Positions 28,650-37,500 of a stretch of 64,000 nt of DNA are shown in pieces. A program made the translations under genes and the position numbers. Within the stretch, counting starts at the first letter, position 1. The number at the start of each line of letters is the position of its first letter. Origin of the DNA: a virus (lineage: Duplodnaviria; Caudoviricetes); the IMG/VR virus record IMGVR_UViG_2926068284_000002, positions 1-64,000 of that record. The stretch is one strand, 5' to 3'. Below the pieces are notes generated by a model. The model worked only from the letters and a program-made list of their open reading frames with translations. It was not told the origin of the DNA and did not search any database.

Positions 28650-30035
28650 GTGACGACCAGCCCGCCCCAGGTGAACGGCCACCGCCGGATCCCCGTGATC
28701 ACGAACTGGCAGACGCTACTGGCGCCTGCCGAGGAGCCGGCCGTCACCACCACCCCCGAGACCCTCACTGAACCCGGCGTCGACCTCGTCGCCGAGGCCA
28801 AGGCCGACGCGATCCGCACCAAGGCCTACGCCGACGCCGAAGAGCAGCGCGCCCGAGCCGAGGCTGAGGCCGAGGCCCTGCGCATCAAGGCCGAGGGCGA
28901 GGCCAAAGCCGCCGAGATCAAGGCTGCCGAGGAAGCCCGGAAGCTGAAGCTTGCCAACGACAAAGCCGCATCCCGCGCCATCGAGGAGCAGGCCGCGCGG
29001 GACGCCCGGATCGCCGAGTCCGAGCGGAAGCGGGCCGCCGCCGAGCGTGGCCAGCAGGAAGACGAGCGCGCCCACTGGGAGCAGCAGCAGAATGCTGCCG
29101 CCGTCGAGGCCGACATTGCCAAGGCGGCCAAGACGTGGCGGAAGTACGCCATTGCGTTCTACGCCGTGTGCGCGGTCGTTGCCCTGCCGGTGCAGATCGC
29201 GGCGTTCTGGGACCGCGACGCGCCCTGGCTCGTGATTGCCCCGCTCATGCTCGAAGGTGCCGCCCTGGTCGTCACCAAGGGTGCTGCTGCGGCCGTCGCC
29301 GCCGGGCGCCCGCACTGGCACTACCGCGCCGTCGCCTGGCTGTTCGCGTTCATTGCCGCCGGGATCAACTTGAAGCACGGGCTCGACGCTTTCGACCCCG
29401 CGACCGCGATCGGCACGGCGTTCGCATCTCTCGCCGGCCCTGGGGTGTGGGATCTCCACGAGCACGGGCGGATCCGACGCCGTGATGGTGTGCCCACCCG
29501 GCGGGAGCGGCGCGCGGCGAAGAAGGCGGCCGAGCGGGAAGCCGCCGAGCAGACCCAGGCGCGGCTGGTCGAAGCCGAGCGGCAGGCCCACCTGGAGAAC
29601 GCCGCACGGAACGCCGCCGAACGCCTGGACGCCGACCGCAAGCAGATGTTCCCGAGGGTTCACGAGCACGCCTTAAAGCTCGCTGCAGACCTTGGCGAAA
29701 CGGCCATCACCCCAGCCATTTGGAAGCAGGCGAAGCTCGACGTCGACGGTGCGCTGCCGGGGGAGTCCGACGAGATCCTCCGCATGCGGAATGCGGCTGC
29801 GGCGAAGGTCGAAGCGGCCCGCCTAAACAAGCCCGTCAGCACCCTCAGCAAGACCACGAACGCGCAGCGTGCCGCCCATCTCCCCCCTGCCTCCACCAAG
29901 CCACGCCCGAAGCCGATTCCGCCCCGCCGCACCCGCGGCGACAGCACCCCGTTTCACCCCGCCGCGAAGCGTCTCGCAGCCGACACAGCGCGCCGCTCCG
30001 TGACCACCCGAATCACTACCACTGAGGAGAACTGA
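28650..30035 (+). CDS. Coiled-coil, four-TM Spd-like (spread/transfer) membrane protein
   Basis: Long coiled coil, four TM segments, basic Pro-rich tail; upstream of traA/traB; TTA codon at 29673. Confidence 0.6.
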   Translation: MTTSPPQVNGHRRIPVITNWQTLLAPAEEPAVTTTPETLTEPGVDLVAEAKADAIRTKAYADAEEQRARAEAEAEALRIKAEGEAKAAEIKAAEEARKLKLANDKAASRAIEEQAARDARIAESERKRAAAERGQQEDERAHWEQQQNAAAVEADIAKAAKTWRKYAIAFYAVCAVVALPVQIAAFWDRDAPWLVIAPLMLEGAALVVTKGAAAAVAAGRPHWHYRAVAWLFAFIAAGINLKHGLDAFDPATAIGTAFASLAGPGVWDLHEHGRIRRRDGVPTRRERRAAKKAAEREAAEQTQARLVEAERQAHLENAARNAAERLDADRKQMFPRVHEHALKLAADLGETAITPAIWKQAKLDVDGALPGESDEILRMRNAAAAKVEAARLNKPVSTLSKTTNAQRAAHLPPASTKPRPKPIPPRRTRGDSTPFHPAAKRLAADTARRSVTTRITTTEEN

Positions 30036-30036
30036 C

Positions 30037-30609
30037 ATGAGCACTGCTGCCGACCAGGGATGGGACTGGGCTGGACCCCAGACGAAGCAGCCCACCATCC
30101 CGCCCAGACCCCGCACCGAACCCACCAACGGGCCGGGCGTGAACAACTCGACGAACCGCACCGGAGGTGCGTTCGCCCCGTCCCTCGGCTTCGCCGTCAA
30201 CAAGACCACCGTCGTCAACGGCGGCCCCGGCGGAACCCGTGGCCCGGGGCGCGGTGCCGGCGGGAAGGTCCCCGGCTCCGACTTCATGTCCAACGAGGAC
30301 ATCAGGGCGTTCTGCGAGTACCTGCGGAAGGACTCCCGGAACCGGGCCACCGAGCGGGCCATGGACGCCGACCACCTCGAAGCCGTCCTCCGCACCATCC
30401 CCGACGCCAGCGGCAACCTTCACGGATCCCGCGCCCGCGCCCGGCGGGTGGCCCGCTGGCTGAGGAAGGTTGCCGCCGCCGAGAAGGCCATCCAGAAGTA
30501 CTCGGCGATGATCTACGGCACGTTCGAGCGGGAGTACGAGTCCGACCTGCGGAAGGTCGGCAAGGGCCGCCACCAGCCCCCGCGCGCCACCAAGTTCGGC
30601 TGGCGCTAA
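30037..30609 (+). CDS. TraA-like plasmid transfer accessory protein
   Basis: FMSNEDIRAFCE...RARARRVAR pattern; position before TraB. Confidence 0.55.
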   Translation: MSTAADQGWDWAGPQTKQPTIPPRPRTEPTNGPGVNNSTNRTGGAFAPSLGFAVNKTTVVNGGPGGTRGPGRGAGGKVPGSDFMSNEDIRAFCEYLRKDSRNRATERAMDADHLEAVLRTIPDASGNLHGSRARARRVARWLRKVAAAEKAIQKYSAMIYGTFEREYESDLRKVGKGRHQPPRATKFGWR

Positions 30610-30641
30610 CACCCCGACCACCACTTCCCCTGGAGCCCGCT

Positions 30642-30866
30642 GTGAAGCAGACCTGGACCGCTACCACGATCGCCGAAGCCATCAACATCCTCGACGCCGC
30701 TACGAAGCAGCTCGAAGCGCAGGCCCTGGCCCTGGAGCCCGGCGGCTTCCACGAGCGCAAGGAAGCCGAACGCCAGACCCCCATCCACCTCGCCATCGAG
30801 TTCGACCTCACCGACCTCATCCGGCGGATCACCGACAAGCACCAGGCCCGAGCCCTTAACGGCTGA
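30642..30866 (+). CDS. Small hypothetical protein
   Basis: GGAG RBS, GTG start. Confidence 0.5.
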   Translation: MKQTWTATTIAEAINILDAATKQLEAQALALEPGGFHERKEAERQTPIHLAIEFDLTDLIRRITDKHQARALNG

Positions 30867-30894
30867 CCACCCCACCTGATCAGGAGCTATCCCC

Positions 30895-32892
30895 GTGGCT
30901 GACAGCCAGAAGGCCGACCTGTGGAAGGCCATCAAGCACCCCCGCATGAGGCCCTGGCTGACAGTCGCCGCCGAGGTCCCCGCCACCTTCGCCTCCCACC
31001 ACTACTGGGGCGACTCCGTACCCGCCGCGATCGGCCTCACCGTCGCCGCAGGTGTACTCACCGCCGCCACCTGGTGGGCAGGCGAGGGGACCCGGCCCGG
31101 CCGGCGTATCCACGCCACCCTGTCCACCGGCCTCGGCACCTCCTACCTCGTCGTCGGCACCGCCGTCGGCCCGTTCGACCCGGCGCTCGCCTCCACACTC
31201 GTCATCGGCGGCGCAGTCGCCGCCGGGTCGTGGAACATCCGCCAAGCGTTGCGCGTCAACGTGGACCCGCAGAAGGAAGGCGGCAACGCCGAGACCGGTG
31301 TCCTCGTCAAGGCCATCGGCGACGCCAAGGTCGCCCTCCGCGGCAAGCCGAAGGTCGAACCCAACAAGGTCACCGTCCCGCTTCAGCTGTCCGCCGGGCA
31401 GGTCACCTCCGACGACCTCGGCAACCGCATCAAGCACATCGCCGGAGAACTCGGCGTGTCCCCGACCAGCATCCGTGTCATCCCCGACCCCGACGACGCC
31501 GCCCGAGCCACCCTCGTCGTCGTCCCCAAGGACGAACTCAAGCAGCCCACCACCTGGCCCGGCCCATCCGCTCCGGGCGGCAGCATCACCGAGCCCGTCA
31601 TCCCCGGCATCTACGAGGACGGCGAGGAGGCCCAGCTGTGGTTCCCCGCCGGACCCGGCCGGAACGCCACCCACTTCCTCACCGCGGGCATGAACGGCTC
31701 GGGGAAGTCCGCAGGTCAGTCCGTCGCCATCACCGAAGCCCTGACCCGCCGCGACGCCATCGTGTGGGCCGTCGACCCCAGCAAGGGAATGCAGACGTTC
31801 GCTCCGTTCCTCCCTCACCTGGACTGGGTCGAGATGACCGAAGCTGGCGGCAACGAGATGATCGACGCCCTGTCGCAGGTCATCACCGCCCGCGCCAACG
31901 AGCTCGGCCGTCACGGCTTCAAGAACTGGACTCCGCAGGCCCACGACCAGCTCGGCATGCCGTACATGATCGTGTGGATCGAGGAGGCTGCGAAGTTCTT
32001 CCGCAACGGCACCGAGATGGAAGGCTTGGTCATGGAGGCCCGGTCCGCCGGGATCAGCGTCATCATCAGCCTCCAGCGTCCCTCCGCCACCAGCATGCCG
32101 ACCGACGTTCGTGAGCAGCTCGGCGGTGTCCTCTGCTTCGGCGTCAAGGGCTCCACCACCGCCGACATGGCCCTCCCCGACGACGTCCGCGACGCCGGCG
32201 CCCGACCCGAAGCGTGGGAGAACCGCAAGCCCGGCTACGCCTACCTCGTCGCCCCCGGCGTCGACGAAGACCGCTACGCCACCCCCCTGCGCACCTACCT
32301 CATCGACGACGACCAGATCACCGGGGCCCTCTCCATCCTGCCCCGCACCCCCATCGACCCCGTCACCGCCGCAGCAGCCGGTGACGCCTACGCCAACCGC
32401 ACCCGATACGACGCTGACACCCCTCTGACCAGCAGTGACAGCCCACGACAGGAGACCGTCACCATGACAAAGGACGACGCCCAGGCCGCCGAGAAGGCGC
32501 TACTGGAGAAGCAAGTCGACCGCGAGATCGACGCCATGGTCGGCGACGACCCCGACGACGACGGGTACGTGCCCGACGTCGACGCCGACCAGGAGATCGC
32601 CCCACCGGCCGAGGTGTGGTCGTTCGGGCCGCCCCAAGCCCCCGTCGAGGAGAAGACGCCGGAGGCCGGCATGGAGGCCCTGATGGCGATGCTCGCCGAG
32701 TTCCGGGCGGAGGAGCGGGAGTTCATCGGCCCGAAGGACTTCGGCCCGTTCGGGAAGGGCCAGCGCATCGGAAGGTCCCGTTCCTGGGTGTCAGGAGCCC
32801 TCGGAGACCTGTCAGATGGCGGGATTCACCTGTCAGAAACCGACGATCCGGGGGTCTACAGGCTGCTGTACCCGGAGCTGGCGGAGGTCTGA
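30895..32892 (+). CDS. traB: TraB-type FtsK/SpoIIIE conjugative DNA translocase
   Basis: N-terminal TMs, GMNGSGKS Walker A, VWIEEAA Walker B, ARSAGISVIISLQRP, C-terminal wHTH (GRSRSWVSGAL). Confidence 0.85.
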   Translation: MADSQKADLWKAIKHPRMRPWLTVAAEVPATFASHHYWGDSVPAAIGLTVAAGVLTAATWWAGEGTRPGRRIHATLSTGLGTSYLVVGTAVGPFDPALASTLVIGGAVAAGSWNIRQALRVNVDPQKEGGNAETGVLVKAIGDAKVALRGKPKVEPNKVTVPLQLSAGQVTSDDLGNRIKHIAGELGVSPTSIRVIPDPDDAARATLVVVPKDELKQPTTWPGPSAPGGSITEPVIPGIYEDGEEAQLWFPAGPGRNATHFLTAGMNGSGKSAGQSVAITEALTRRDAIVWAVDPSKGMQTFAPFLPHLDWVEMTEAGGNEMIDALSQVITARANELGRHGFKNWTPQAHDQLGMPYMIVWIEEAAKFFRNGTEMEGLVMEARSAGISVIISLQRPSATSMPTDVREQLGGVLCFGVKGSTTADMALPDDVRDAGARPEAWENRKPGYAYLVAPGVDEDRYATPLRTYLIDDDQITGALSILPRTPIDPVTAAAAGDAYANRTRYDADTPLTSSDSPRQETVTMTKDDAQAAEKALLEKQVDREIDAMVGDDPDDDGYVPDVDADQEIAPPAEVWSFGPPQAPVEEKTPEAGMEALMAMLAEFRAEEREFIGPKDFGPFGKGQRIGRSRSWVSGALGDLSDGGIHLSETDDPGVYRLLYPELAEV

Positions 32893-33069
32893 CACCTCGG
32901 GGTGTCAGCGCTGACACCCCCTCTGACCTGCGGTGACACCGTTCTGACACGGTTCTGACACCCCGAAGGCGTCAGAACCGGTGTCAGAAGCCCTCCGGAG
33001 GGCCGATCTCTATAGGTCATGCGCGTGCGCGCGCGTGACCGCCCTCCGCTGACACCCACCCACTGACAC
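32788..33069. repeat. clt-like cluster of CTGACAC/GTGTCAG repeats
   Basis: About 12 copies in both orientations across the traB stop and downstream intergenic region. Confidence 0.72.
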
Positions 33070-33082
33070 AGGAGACAAACCC

Positions 33083-33514
33083 GTGAAAAGCCCCGAACCG
33101 GACGGAGGTCGGGCCAAGGTACTCGCCGCAGCACTCCGCACCTGGACCACCGTCGACAACGACCTCGAACCCCCCGTCGCACGCCTCGAAATCCGCTACC
33201 CACCCCACTGGGCGTTCGCCTCCACCAACCCCATCACCGCAAGGCAACAGAAGCGGCTCCTGGCGTTCCTCCGCGATGACCTCGCTGAGAACCGGCCCGG
33301 GTACTCCACCCCCGAGCGTGCCGCCGCGATCATCCACGGGCTCATCACCGAACATGCCGCCGCCGGCCGTACCCGCATCACCACCGCGGACCTTGCCGAA
33401 GCCGCTCCCCGGATCGGCCGGTCCCGTACCTGGATCGCCGCCCACGTCACCGACCTCATCGACGGTGGTGTGCTTCGCGAGACCAGGCGCCCCGACACCT
33501 TCCGCATCAACTAG
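33083..33514 (+). CDS. wHTH protein
   Basis: IGRSRTWIAAHVTDLIDGGVL resembles the TraB C-terminal wHTH. Confidence 0.65.
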   Translation: MKSPEPDGGRAKVLAAALRTWTTVDNDLEPPVARLEIRYPPHWAFASTNPITARQQKRLLAFLRDDLAENRPGYSTPERAAAIIHGLITEHAAAGRTRITTADLAEAAPRIGRSRTWIAAHVTDLIDGGVLRETRRPDTFRIN

Positions 33515-33524
33515 GAGCCGTTCA

Positions 33525-34004
33525 ATGCAGCTGCCCGAGCAGCCCGTCGCCGGGCAGCCCGACCCCACCATCCAGCAGAACGCCACCCGGTTCCTCGCCG
33601 CCGTGGACGAGGCCCTCCTCGCCGGCCAGGCCACGTCGTACCGCGACACCACCCCGCTGCCCGCAGTGGGCGCTACACCGCCTGTGCCGCAGCCGGGCCC
33701 GCCCCCGATGTCGCAGTGGGCGATCGACGCCAGCGGGGTCCTCAAGGCCGTGTCTGTGGCGTCCCTCCCGATCGGCGGGGCCCTGTGGATCGTCGGCCAG
33801 GTCGACCCGCTGACCTTGGGCATCATCCTCGGGTCGCCGGCCGCCGTCGCCTTGGCCGTGGCCCGGCTGGTCGCGAAGGTCAAGGACGCCAACCAGGCTG
33901 CCCAGCCCGTCGTGCAGAACTACTACGGCACCGTCCACCACGACGAGCGCACCGTCACCAGCACTACGCGCGGTGTCATCGCGAAGACGCAGAACCGAAA
34001 CTGA
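33525..34004 (+). CDS. Two-TM Spd-like membrane protein
   Basis: Pro-rich N-terminus, two TMs, NYYGTVHHDERTVTSTTRG tail. Confidence 0.55.
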   Translation: MQLPEQPVAGQPDPTIQQNATRFLAAVDEALLAGQATSYRDTTPLPAVGATPPVPQPGPPPMSQWAIDASGVLKAVSVASLPIGGALWIVGQVDPLTLGIILGSPAAVALAVARLVAKVKDANQAAQPVVQNYYGTVHHDERTVTSTTRGVIAKTQNRN

Positions 34005-34145
34005 GCGCCTCGGACTTCAGTCCGAGTAGCCAGCAGGCGTCACACCAGCCACGAACTTCGACTCGCCACCACACGCCCCCGCCCGCCCGGACTCCATCGA
34101 GCCGAGCGCGGGTAAGGCGACCAATACCAGATGAGAGGACCCACC

Positions 34146-34316
34146 ATGACCCAGTTCTACACCGATGACCACGAGCCGGACGCTCACGCCGACACGCTCC
34201 TCGGCCGTCCCTTCCCCGGCCTCAGCCCGGAGGCCGCCGACTCGCTGCGCGCCGAAATGGCCCGCCGAGAAGCCGCCGGACTCCCGGCCGTCCCCGACAT
34301 GTCCTGGGACGACTGA
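34146..34316 (+). CDS. Small acidic hypothetical protein
   Basis: GAGGA RBS. Confidence 0.45.
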   Translation: MTQFYTDDHEPDAHADTLLGRPFPGLSPEAADSLRAEMARREAAGLPAVPDMSWDD

Positions 34317-34317
34317 C

Positions 34318-34749
34318 ATGACCGACTGCACCTACGCCTGGCGGATCACCGACCAGGACTCGCGCGGCCCCCTGCTGGCCGCCGGATTCACGTCGTTCGA
34401 CGAGCCGCTCGCCGAGTGGGAAGCCGCCGAACTGATCGTCGACCAATTCCGCAAGGAACATGCCGCCGGGACAGTCAGCATCCAACTGTGGGTCACGGAG
34501 CACTTTCTCCCTGCCGATTTCCCGGTTGCCTGGGAATCCGACCGGGACCCGCACGGCACCGACCCTGTGCCCTCCGACGCCTGGGAATGGACATACACCT
34601 ACGACCCGCCCGTCGACGAAGACCCCGACGACCGGGCGCGCGCCGACGACCTGGCTGCAGCACTCAAGGGGCACGACGAAGCCGTCGGGCGGGTGGCCGT
34701 CGAAACGGCCTGGACCGCGGTAGCTGCCCTCGATTCTCGCGACGACTAG
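34318..34749 (+). CDS. Acidic hypothetical protein
   Basis: Follows the previous ORF; hairpin downstream. Confidence 0.55.
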   Translation: MTDCTYAWRITDQDSRGPLLAAGFTSFDEPLAEWEAAELIVDQFRKEHAAGTVSIQLWVTEHFLPADFPVAWESDRDPHGTDPVPSDAWEWTYTYDPPVDEDPDDRARADDLAAALKGHDEAVGRVAVETAWTAVAALDSRDD

Positions 34750-34760
34750 TTCACCGCACG

Positions 34761-34795
34761 GCAAGGCCCCGGACCTTCTGGTCCGGGGCTTTGCG
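34761..34795. terminator. Terminator hairpin at a convergence point
   Basis: gcaaggccccggacc-ttct-ggtccggggctttgc. Confidence 0.6.
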
Positions 34796-34977
34796 TGTGG
34801 CGCGGGCGATCCATGCCCCGCCAAGCCGGTCGGTGGGCGGCAGGGTCACCTCAACGTCCAGCAGCCGGCGCAGGTCATCCAACGCCTGCTGGCACTCCTG
34901 CTGGGTGCGGCCGTGGATTGTGAACCTCGCCATGAGCACAGTCTGCCGGGGGAGCGGCGGTGGTGGGGGAGGAACGG

Positions 34978-35523
34978 CTAAGGCCGCCACTCCGGGAGGT
35001 AGTCGGGGTGGTCGGCGTAGGGCAGGGCGAGGAGGTGCAGGGTGCGGCGGAGCCGGGCGTCCCGGCCGCATGACTCCCAGCACTGCGGCTCGACACCGTC
35101 TTCCTGGCGGCGTTCCTCGTTGAGTGCTTCCAACGCGGCGAGGGTGTTCGTGTCGAGTCCGTCGGTTGCTGTGGCGCGCGGGCATGTCTCGTACTGGTCG
35201 GCGCTCACGTGGTGGCGGTCGGACAGTGCGGCATCGAGCAGCCCTCGCTTCGCTTCGACTTCCCGCAGGGTGCGGGCCGGGTCCTGGCGGGCGATGTACT
35301 TCGCGTCCGCGTCGTAGTCCGTGACCGCAACACAACCGAACGGCATCAAGGAGTGGTCGCGCTCCAACAGGACCTTCAGGGACTGGTCATAAGCCCCGTA
35401 CTCGTTGAAGCCCTCCGCCATCACGACACGCGACCCAGGGGAGTGCCACTCCAGGGCACCCTCCGGGATTGCGGCGTCTTCGTCGAGGCGGGCCCGGAGG
35501 AACGCCGTCAGGTCAGCTGTCAT
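34978..35523 (-). CDS. DUF6221-like phage protein
   Basis: DLTAFLRARLDED...LREVEAKR...LALPYADHPDYLPEWRP. Confidence 0.75.
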   Translation of the reverse strand: MTADLTAFLRARLDEDAAIPEGALEWHSPGSRVVMAEGFNEYGAYDQSLKVLLERDHSLMPFGCVAVTDYDADAKYIARQDPARTLREVEAKRGLLDAALSDRHHVSADQYETCPRATATDGLDTNTLAALEALNEERRQEDGVEPQCWESCGRDARLRRTLHLLALPYADHPDYLPEWRP

Positions 35524-35831
35524 GCGGGGCTCCCAGGCTGATCGTGCGGGTAGTCGTTGTGCTCGACGTAGGGGGCGGCGAGGAGCCGCAGCTGGTACTC
35601 GGCGGTCCGGCCAGCCTCCCCGCCCGCGCCCAGGTGCGGGATCACGGTGTCCTCCAGCAGTGTCAGGTGCACCTCTGCGGTGGCAACGGAGAACCGGGCG
35701 TGCTTCTCGGCGTCCTCGGGGTCGACACCGAACCGTTCGGGATCCCGGGTCACTGTGCCGCTCGCGAACCGGGCCTTCTCCAGTTCCTCGGCGAACCGGG
35801 TGCGGAGGAAGGCCGCCAAGGCGTCGGTCAT
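35520..35831 (-). CDS. DUF6221-like paralogue
   Basis: LAAFLRTRFAEE...LRLLAAPYVEHNDY. Confidence 0.65.
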   Translation of the reverse strand: MTDALAAFLRTRFAEELEKARFASGTVTRDPERFGVDPEDAEKHARFSVATAEVHLTLLEDTVIPHLGAGGEAGRTAEYQLRLLAAPYVEHNDYPHDQPGSPA

Positions 35832-36352
35832 GAGGGCTCCTGGTTCTGGCGCTCGCGGAGTTCGTCAAGCAGCGACGGGTTGACGATGCGGACGATGGTC
35901 GCGATGTCCCGGGCCTCGACAGCAGGCCACAGGATGTCCCGGGCCGCCCGGTACTTCGCAGCCAGCCGGGTCCGCTGCTCCTCGGACAGCATGACCGACC
36001 GGTCGGGGTGGCAGTTGTGCGCGTTGTCCGCGACCTTGAGAAGGACCGCGTCGCGGCCGTGCCCGGTGATGCGGGCCACCTTCTCCTCGTAGGGCACCCC
36101 GCGCTCGTTCGTGACCGCCTCCACCAGCGCGACCACATGATCCGGGGCCCCCGCCTCGCGCAGGCCATCGGCGGTCCAGTCGGTGTCCTCGATGGCATCG
36201 TGCAGCAGCCCGGCCATCACCAGGTGATCACCGAACGGGGCGAGCCCGGCCGCGACCGCGCGAACGTGCTCGATGTACGGGATCCCGATCTTGTCGAACT
36301 GGCCGGCGTGCGCAGCGGACGCCAGGGCGTCGACCTCGGCGACGGTCTTCAC
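35828..36352 (-). CDS. HD-domain hydrolase, RelA/SpoT hydrolase-like (small alarmone hydrolase type)
   Basis: AHAGQ.DK.G.PYIEH, GLLHDAIEDT, LKVADNAHN. Confidence 0.82.
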   Translation of the reverse strand: MKTVAEVDALASAAHAGQFDKIGIPYIEHVRAVAAGLAPFGDHLVMAGLLHDAIEDTDWTADGLREAGAPDHVVALVEAVTNERGVPYEEKVARITGHGRDAVLLKVADNAHNCHPDRSVMLSEEQRTRLAAKYRAARDILWPAVEARDIATIVRIVNPSLLDELRERQNQEPS

Positions 36353-36591
36353 GCTTGCTCCTCCTCGGTCTGCTTGGCGGCTCGCTCCCTGTCGATGCGG
36401 TCGGCAATCTTGCGTGCCCACTCGCGGCTGTACGGCGTGTGCTTGGCGATCGTCATAAGCGGCACGCCGGCCGCTCTGGCGTCCGCAACTAGCTCGTCGA
36501 GGTTCGTCCGCGCCCTCTCGTGAGCGGAAGTGGCGCGGTCGAGGCGGCGGAGCCAGGAAGCTTCGACGTCGGGTTCGGGGCGTGGCGTCAT
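36349..36591 (-). CDS. Small HTH repressor
   Basis: GVPLMTIAKHTPYSREWARKI; resembles 12156..12404. Confidence 0.7.
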   Translation of the reverse strand: MTPRPEPDVEASWLRRLDRATSAHERARTNLDELVADARAAGVPLMTIAKHTPYSREWARKIADRIDRERAAKQTEEEQA

Positions 36592-36757
36592 GCCGTCGAT
36601 GATCTCACGCGGTGCTGCCAAGTTGGTGGGCAGTGTTCCGCCAACCTTGTGGGCACTCGCTCTTGGATTCGTCATGCCAACTATGTTGCACCTTGGTGGG
36701 TGCCTGTGTCACTATCGAAGTGCCAAGAAAGTTGGCAGTCGAAACCGAGGGGGACCC

Positions 36758-37138
36758 GTGAACATCGCCCGCCGTATCGCCCGCATCCACACCGCCGCCC
36801 GCCGCATGGCGAAGGCCCTCCGCTACCGGTGCCTCTCCGGTCTCATTGCCGTCGCCATCGACGCCGGCACCCTCATCCGCACCGGCGACATGCTCGACCG
36901 CCTCGGCGCCGACGACCTCAAGGACGGGTACAAGTCCTGGTACGGCCGCCACGTCAAGAAGGCGTACATCGCCGCGAACGGCCGCCCGCCGGTCATGGTG
37001 TGGGCGCAGCACCGCACCACCGGCCGGTGGATCCACGTCGCCGCCTACAGCCCCCTCGACCGGGCCCTGTTCGTTGCCCTCGCCTCGTACAAGCAGACCC
37101 GGCACCTGGTCGCCTTCGACTTCGCGGAGTGCGCCTAA
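36758..37138 (+). CDS. Basic hypothetical protein
   Basis: GAGGGG RBS, GTG start. Confidence 0.6.
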   Translation: MNIARRIARIHTAARRMAKALRYRCLSGLIAVAIDAGTLIRTGDMLDRLGADDLKDGYKSWYGRHVKKAYIAANGRPPVMVWAQHRTTGRWIHVAAYSPLDRALFVALASYKQTRHLVAFDFAECA

Positions 37139-37326
37139 ACCAACTTCACGGCGCACCAGACGAGAGGGGTTTCGATGTCCGCCGAGATCCAGCAGCAGAT
37201 CGACGCCCAGGCCGCCGCCGACCGCATCCGCGCCTACGAGGACCGGGAACTGCCGGACCTCGCCTACGACGACGGCTTCGACATCAGCAGCCTCGGCTGG
37301 GACGACACCACCCCGGAAGGAGCCCG

Positions 37327-37500
37327 ATGACCACCAAGGACGTCGAGTCCCGCTTTGTCGTGGAGAAGCACGGCCGGGGCAGCTTCTACGTCTTCGACAA
37401 GACCACCGGCCTCAGCCGCTACCCGAGCTTCACCCGCCGGGGCGCCCAGAAGATCGCCGACCGGAAGAACGCCGAGTGCACCACCGGAGGCACCCGATGA
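37327..37500 (+). CDS. Small hypothetical protein
   Basis: AAGGAG RBS, ATGA overlaps. Confidence 0.5.
   Translation: MTTKDVESRFVVEKHGRGSFYVFDKTTGLSRYPSFTRRGAQKIADRKNAECTTGGTR

Noticed and set aside
30895-32892. Host FtsK or phage packaging ATPase
   Set aside because: A separate terminase exists; the neighbourhood and adjacent repeats fit TraB
32889-32990. Possible CRISPR array
   Set aside because: Units are 7-11 bp, irregularly spaced and in mixed orientation, with no spacers or cas genes
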